Source: Candidatus Undinarchaeota archaeon (GTDB taxonomy: Archaea > SpSt-1190 > JASMDC01). Taken from it: DNA of 64,000 bases. This document shows, in pieces, positions 58,782 through 64,000 of the stretch. The translations under genes and the position numbers were made by a program. Positions within the stretch are counted from its first letter, which is position 1. Each line of letters starts with the position of its first letter. Location of the stretch: NCBI GenBank assembly GCA_964519305.1, contig CAZFHY010000002.1, positions 96,001 through 160,000 of the forward strand. The letters are read 5' to 3'. The notes under the pieces are model-generated. The model made no database searches. It had not been told where the DNA came from and saw nothing but the letters and a program-made list of their open reading frames with translations.

Positions 58782-60623
58782 CTACATCTTCCGTAGCGCT
58801 TCGATACCCAGCAGCTCCAGGGCATTGCGACAGGTTATCCGGAAAGCGTCGACCAGGGCGAGCCGTGCGTCCAGCAAGTCCTCTTCAGCTTTTAGCACCG
58901 GTACGTCGCGGTAGAAGTCATTGAACACCGATGCCAGATGGTAGGTGTAGTTGGCCAGGGCATGAGGCTTTACCTCTTCCGCCGCTCGTCGTGCCTCGTC
59001 CGGGAACCGCGCGATGGTCTTCACAAGGGCGAGCTCGGCAGGCTCGGTGAGCTTCGACACGTCGGGGAGACCGGGAGTGGCCTTTTCCAGGATGCGGCAG
59101 GCGCGTGCGTGCGCGTATTGGATGTACGGGGCGGTCTCACCGTCGAAGTCAAGTACGTCCTCCCAGCGGAACACGATCTGCTTCTCGGGGAACGTGCGCA
59201 CCAGAGCGTATCGTACCGCGCCTATTGCCACGGCCCTCGCGACTCGCTCCTTGAACAGGTCATCCTCATCCGGGTTGCGCTTCTCGACCTCTTCCATAGC
59301 ACGCTTCACTGCTTCGTCGAGCACCGTATCGGCATCGAACCCGATCCATGTGCCCTCACGTCCTGAGAACTTCCCCTCGGGGAGCGTGACGTGCTCATAG
59401 GAGAGGTGATGCGAGTTGGTGAACTCCTTCTCGTGCCCCAAGGCCTTGAGCGCGTGGTACACGACCTGTTGCGGGTATTTCTGCTCCATTCCGATGACAT
59501 TGACCACGATCTCGGCGTGACGTTGTTCCAATAGATCGCCCTTCATGGCAGTTGTGTGCAGGTGGCGGCCATCGGGACGGATACCGAAATCGGTGACGGG
59601 CATGCTAGCTTCCATGAGACCGAACTTCCACAACTGGAACGCGATGTCCTTGGCTGTGTACACTGCGGTGCCGTCTGAGCGCATGAGCACCTTGTCGTCC
59701 ATCCCGTACTGACCGAGTCGGAGCACCCAAGTGCCCGCACGATCGCCCTCATCATCGAGTTCGGCGGAGCCCGTCGACTTCAGTCGCTCGATGGCCTCGT
59801 CGAGAAGCTTGGCGTGTACGATGTCACTCTCGTACACCAGAAGGTCGTACATTATACCCAGACGATAGGCCGTGATGAGCTGTGCTTTGACACAGTCGGT
59901 GCAGATCTCCCGGGCCCGGTCGAACACTCCTTCCTCACCCTCCTCGATACCCTTGATGATGGCTGCGATCTCTTTCTCGATGTCCGGGTCAAGCTCCTTG
60001 TTCACCTCGACATAGAGCTTGCCGAGGAACTGGTCGTACTTCTCGTCCCCAGCATCAACGTCCTTGTTGATGATGCCCCAGATCGTGGTGGCTACCTGCT
60101 TTCCCAGGTCATCGATGTAGTTCAGTACCTGGACGTCGTAGCCAACACCGGTCATGAGCCTGGCCACACAGTCACCCATCACGGCGTTCCGCGCATGTCC
60201 CATGTGCCATGGCTTATTGGGATTTACCGAAGTATGCTCAACGATGACCCTACGGCCTTCGCCGATATGCCAGGTACCGTAGCCGTCGTCAGTAGCCTCG
60301 ACGCGCTCGAGCGTCTCCTTTACAAAGACTTTTTCGTCCACTCGGAAGTTGACGAATCCGGCACCTGCCACCTCGACCTTGCCCACATAATGACGTTTGG
60401 ACGGGAAACGGGCAGTGATTACCTCAGCGATGGCCCGGGGGGCCTTCTTGAGGGGCTTGGCGAGCGAGAAAGCTACCGTGCATGAGAGGTCGCCGAGCTT
60501 TGGATCCGGTGGATCCTGCACCATTGTCTCCACATCAGGACGCTCCTCGAGCTCGAATCCCTCCAGTGCCTTCTCGAGCCCGCGAACGACCTCCTGCCGG
60601 AACCTGTGCCAGACGCTTCCCAT
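58782..60623 (-). CDS. argS: Arginine--tRNA ligase
   Basis: EHTSVNPNKPWHMGHARN (HIGH-type), RSDGTAVYTAKD, KFSGREG, PYIQYAHAR. Confidence 0.96.
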   Translation of the reverse strand: MGSVWHRFRQEVVRGLEKALEGFELEERPDVETMVQDPPDPKLGDLSCTVAFSLAKPLKKAPRAIAEVITARFPSKRHYVGKVEVAGAGFVNFRVDEKVFVKETLERVEATDDGYGTWHIGEGRRVIVEHTSVNPNKPWHMGHARNAVMGDCVARLMTGVGYDVQVLNYIDDLGKQVATTIWGIINKDVDAGDEKYDQFLGKLYVEVNKELDPDIEKEIAAIIKGIEEGEEGVFDRAREICTDCVKAQLITAYRLGIMYDLLVYESDIVHAKLLDEAIERLKSTGSAELDDEGDRAGTWVLRLGQYGMDDKVLMRSDGTAVYTAKDIAFQLWKFGLMEASMPVTDFGIRPDGRHLHTTAMKGDLLEQRHAEIVVNVIGMEQKYPQQVVYHALKALGHEKEFTNSHHLSYEHVTLPEGKFSGREGTWIGFDADTVLDEAVKRAMEEVEKRNPDEDDLFKERVARAVAIGAVRYALVRTFPEKQIVFRWEDVLDFDGETAPYIQYAHARACRILEKATPGLPDVSKLTEPAELALVKTIARFPDEARRAAEEVKPHALANYTYHLASVFNDFYRDVPVLKAEEDLLDARLALVDAFRITCRNALELLGIEALRKM

Positions 60624-60677
60624 CGCATCCGACACCCCGCGTTAATCTTTTAATGTTACCCCCATAAGCCGCATTCG

Positions 60678-61409
60678 ATGCCGGGTTTCTTCATCTCGTT
60701 CGAGGGCGCGACGGGTGTGGGAAAGACCACTATGGCCACCCGGCTATGCGATGCTCTCAAGGAGCGCGGCCATGATGTGCTGATCGTACCTGAGTTCTCG
60801 GACTCGCTAATCGGCCGCTCGATCCACGAGAGCCTCACACGTGATCCGTTCCTTCGGCTTCCGCCCCTGTCCGAGACCCTGCTGGTCACGGCCGACCGTG
60901 CGTTCTTCACCGAGCGTGTGATCGTCCCCGCCCTAAAGCAGGGCAAGGTGGTGATCAAGGACCGGTACTACGACTCGACCTATGTATACCAGCCCTACCG
61001 GTTCATGGAGGACGGTTACCACACGAGCAAGGAGCAGGTGTTCAAGTGGCTGGACGCGTTCCATGACTACTTCGTCATCCGCCCGAACATTACCTTCCTC
61101 CTACAGGCCGGGCCCGAGGACGCTCTGAAGCGACAGGCCCTGAACAAGGGCTGGCGCATCACTAGTGAGGACGTCCGCATGGCAGAGGAGACGGCCAAGA
61201 TCTATGAGGACCTGGTCTCGCGGGACCCTGCCCGATTCATCAGGATCGATTCATATGTTTCCACGATCGATGCTGTGGCCGAGAAGGTGCTCAACAAGAC
61301 ATTGGATGTGATGAGAAAGGACCACCACATCCACGCTCCCGACCTATTCAAGGAGGACCTCTCCCAGAAGACACTGGCCGATTTCGGGAACGGGAAACCC
61401 CAGATCTAA
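60678..61409 (+). CDS. tmk: Thymidylate kinase
   Basis: FEGATGVGKTT, ADRA, KDRYYDSTYVYQ. Confidence 0.88.
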   Translation: MPGFFISFEGATGVGKTTMATRLCDALKERGHDVLIVPEFSDSLIGRSIHESLTRDPFLRLPPLSETLLVTADRAFFTERVIVPALKQGKVVIKDRYYDSTYVYQPYRFMEDGYHTSKEQVFKWLDAFHDYFVIRPNITFLLQAGPEDALKRQALNKGWRITSEDVRMAEETAKIYEDLVSRDPARFIRIDSYVSTIDAVAEKVLNKTLDVMRKDHHIHAPDLFKEDLSQKTLADFGNGKPQI

Positions 61410-61505
61410 GCGACCGCCTGCTTACCAAAGTTCAACGTGCAGCTCCAGCTATACCTTGGCGGTGACCACAAAACCGATAAATAACTGTCGGGATTCCTTA
61501 TGACC

Positions 61506-61760
61506 ATGGCCGGCTGTCCGCCTATCCAGATGCCGGTGACCGGTGATCCTGAAACACTGTTCGAGCGCATCAACAAGCGTCTCGCTGATTATGGTATCGA
61601 GCTCTCGGGCGACATTGGGAGTGGTAGGTTCGATGGGAAAGGGATAACCGGTGAGTACGTAGTCGCCGATAACGTGGTCACTGTGACCGTAACCAGTAAA
61701 CCGCCCTTAGTACCCTGTAGCATGGTCGAGCGTGAGCTACGGAAGCTGTTCGAGTACTGA
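61506..61760 (+). CDS. Small hypothetical protein
   Basis: ~84-aa ORF; GATAAATA box 23 nt upstream. Confidence 0.6.
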   Translation: MAGCPPIQMPVTGDPETLFERINKRLADYGIELSGDIGSGRFDGKGITGEYVVADNVVTVTVTSKPPLVPCSMVERELRKLFEY

Positions 61761-61818
61761 CGGCCACCGCCCGCTCCGCCGATACATTCTTAATACTTCC
61801 GCCGCCCATTCCCAAGCG

Positions 61819-62202
61819 ATGGACGAGGAGCAACCGGCGATGGACAAGGAGGCGATCATCAAGCTCACAGCTGCGGTGGTGGGCATCCTTCTCGTGCTGG
61901 TAGCTTCCGTGTGGCTCAATCCCGTTGAGGAACCGGTGATAGAGGTCGTAAACCTAGAGCGTACCGGCTCGCAGGTGTTCTTCACGGTACGTTGGTCACA
62001 GGTCCACGCCCAGGACCACGTGCTCCAAGTAAGCGTCTTCCGGGACGGGGAGCGCCTTATCGAACCCTCGACGTTCCACATCCCGGGGAAAGCGAAGGGC
62101 GAGAAAGAGTTCTCGTTCACCGTGGACGGCGAGGCCACCTTCCGCATCGCCATCACAGACATCGGCGGTTCACCTCTGAAAGAGGTAGTCCGGCGTAAGT
62201 GA
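61819..62202 (+). CDS. Small membrane-anchored Ig-like protein
   Basis: One TM helix followed by a beta-rich domain; TTAATA box upstream. Confidence 0.6.
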   Translation: MDEEQPAMDKEAIIKLTAAVVGILLVLVASVWLNPVEEPVIEVVNLERTGSQVFFTVRWSQVHAQDHVLQVSVFRDGERLIEPSTFHIPGKAKGEKEFSFTVDGEATFRIAITDIGGSPLKEVVRRK

Positions 62203-62284
62203 TCCCGCGGGGCCTCGCGGCGGATGAATCTTTATAAACGATCATTGTATATCTCCCAACACCACCCCCGTGGAGGCAGACATA

Positions 62285-62644
62285 ATGGAGAAGCTCTTCG
62301 ATAAGATCAAGGAATTCCTCTCGAGCAAGAAAGGCAGCTTCCGGGAGGAGCTCCCCATGGACCTCCCTGAACTTCAGCTCGCAGGAGATCCGGACCACAA
62401 CCGGGCCACCATGACCGTGCATTCGCTAGAGGAACTGAAGGATACCTACAACATCCTCAACGAGTACCGCGGCGACAAGATCGTGCTCATCAAGCTCGGG
62501 AAGGATATGCGGAAGAACACCTTCGCAATGAAGAAAGCCATCGACAGCTTCAAGCTGACGTGCGGCACCCGCAACGGAAGGGTCGCTGGTCTGGACGACC
62601 GCTGGCTCATCCTCCTCCCCAACGGTATCAGCATCGAGAACTAG
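62285..62644 (+). CDS. sepF: Cell division protein SepF (archaeal type)
   Basis: N-terminal amphipathic helix LFDKIKEFL; IVLIKL...KKAIDSFK...GRVAGLDDRWLILLPNGISI. Confidence 0.75.
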   Translation: MEKLFDKIKEFLSSKKGSFREELPMDLPELQLAGDPDHNRATMTVHSLEELKDTYNILNEYRGDKIVLIKLGKDMRKNTFAMKKAIDSFKLTCGTRNGRVAGLDDRWLILLPNGISIEN

Positions 62645-62650
62645 GTGTGC

Positions 62651-62693
62651 ATGGGGGGCGCCCCGAGCGCCCCCCCATCCACGCCCGCTCGGG
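62651..62693 (+). terminator. GC-rich hairpin region after sepF
   Basis: ATGGGGGGCGC/GCGCCCCCCCAT stem with one bulge; alternative CCCGAGCG/CGCTCGGG pairing. Confidence 0.35.
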
Positions 62694-62749
62694 CACCATA
62701 TTCTTTTAAAGCCTGAACATCCTTTCCTCTCTATCTGGAGCTTCTACTC

Positions 62750-64000
62750 ATGATAGGGTTCGTGCTCGCTGCCATCGCCTTAGGTGGGTGCCTTCTCGCC
62801 ACTTGGTCCGATATTAAGACCAAGGAGATCCCGAACGAGCTCAACCTGCTCCTCATCCTTGCAGGCATCTACATCCGCACCTACCACGTCATCAACACCG
62901 GGGATCATGAGTTCATAACGACACCACTCGTCGTTGCGCTCTATTATTTCATAGGCTCGGCGGCGCTCTATTACAGCTGTCAGTGGGGAGGCGGGGATGT
63001 CAAGCTCCTAATAGCTATCGGGTGCCTGCTGGGCACTTTCCCGCAGGAGTTCTTCTATCTGGAGGACCATTTAGGGTTCGAGATAATGCCCGGTGCGGCA
63101 GCAGCAGGGATCCCCAAGGTCGCGGGCAATCCCCGATGTCTGGCACCTTGCATTGATCCGCCTTGGCCGTTCTGGGCCACTATGGTATTCAACATAATGT
63201 TCGTTGGCGCGGTATACGGACTCATGGCCGCCCTGTACCTGGGATTGCGTAATCCCAAGGCCATCACTGAGCTGAAGCGGACCGTGCGACGTGATGAGAA
63301 GGAGCTCGTAGTTGTGCTCCTCGGATGCGCTGTGTTCATCCTGTTGGTGGGCTACGGTCTCACGGACACGCTAGACCTGTCATACTTGATCCGCTCCTGG
63401 CCGCTGTACATTCAGTTCGCCTTCATGTGGTTCCTCATCAAGTTCGCCCATATTATCCAGGACGTATCCATGAAACGGGAGGTGCCTGTGGACGAGCTTC
63501 AGGAGGAGGACTGGATCGATGAGGACGTCATCGTGGACGAGCCCGTGTTCGCCTGGGAGGAGGTCCCGGGAAAGATAGCGGAGGCAGCGCTCATAGACCA
63601 TCTTCGGATGCTGGAAGGAGTTGAGCTCGAGGGTAAAGCAACCGTGGAGAAGAAGGACGATATAATCACCATTAAGGGCAAGGTGCGGAAGCTAACGCTC
63701 ACGTTGGAGGACAAGGACGAGAAGGTGGTACTCCGTGAGAAGGGCTCCGTGCTCGCCGAGTACGTGGTCCGCAAGGACGAGGACGATCGGTCGGTCGTTA
63801 CACTTCCCGACCGGGAGGTCGCATCGACCTGGGACCCCGGTGTGTCCCAAGAGCAGATCGACGAGATCGTGCGCCTGGCCAAGGAAGGCCGGTTCAAGGA
63901 CACTATCCGCATCAAGGAGGGAGTGCCGTTCGCTCCTGTATTCCCTCTGGCAGTGCTCGTGAGTTTGCTCTTCGGAGACGTTATCTTTTTGATTATACTG
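62750..64000 (+). CDS. A24 prepilin/preflagellin peptidase (PibD/FlaK/EppA-like); stop lies beyond window
   Basis: Not in ORF track. Manual translation: ATWSDIKTKEIPN, WGGGDVKL, C-terminal IKEGVPFAPVF. Confidence 0.88.
   Translation, partial: MIGFVLAAIALGGCLLATWSDIKTKEIPNELNLLLILAGIYIRTYHVINTGDHEFITTPLVVALYYFIGSAALYYSCQWGGGDVKLLIAIGCLLGTFPQEFFYLEDHLGFEIMPGAAAAGIPKVAGNPRCLAPCIDPPWPFWATMVFNIMFVGAVYGLMAALYLGLRNPKAITELKRTVRRDEKELVVVLLGCAVFILLVGYGLTDTLDLSYLIRSWPLYIQFAFMWFLIKFAHIIQDVSMKREVPVDELQEEDWIDEDVIVDEPVFAWEEVPGKIAEAALIDHLRMLEGVELEGKATVEKKDDIITIKGKVRKLTLTLEDKDEKVVLREKGSVLAEYVVRKDEDDRSVVTLPDREVASTWDPGVSQEQIDEIVRLAKEGRFKDTIRIKEGVPFAPVFPLAVLVSLLFGDVIFLIIL

Noticed and set aside
1-64000. Provirus, integron, IS element or defence island
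   Set aside because: No integrase, transposase, capsid or terminal repeats recognised; accessory genes are interleaved with core genes and look compositionally similar

Overview
GC-rich archaeal genomic window. Markers are aIF-5A, TFS, NOB1, ATP-dependent DNA ligase, archaeal SepF, Sec11 signal peptidase, TATA boxes with leaderless starts, and GGAGG/GGTGA Shine-Dalgarno sites inside operons. Gene style suggests an uncultured, possibly DPANN-related lineage (inference only). Housekeeping genes (znuABC, uppS, lig, ogt, sfsA, argS, tmk, sepF) are interleaved with many cell-surface genes. These include four class III (type IV pilin-like) signal-peptide proteins and an A24 prepilin peptidase, a 9-kb operon of Cys-rich secreted proteins, a TSP3-repeat zinc protease and a glycan-modification cluster. 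Best candidates for something undescribed: (i) two ~1200-aa pilin-like paralogs with an apparently nested 'Russian-doll' domain order, translationally coupled to an HTH/PIN pair; (ii) a succinyl-CoA-synthetase-like alpha/beta pair that has lost its catalytic motifs; (iii) an operon of three tandem paralogs of an unrecognised ~165-aa family. No rRNA, tRNA, CRISPR array, transposase or integrase was recognised. All family assignments are by eye from motifs; no database search was run. Start sites were revised using TATA/SD spacing.
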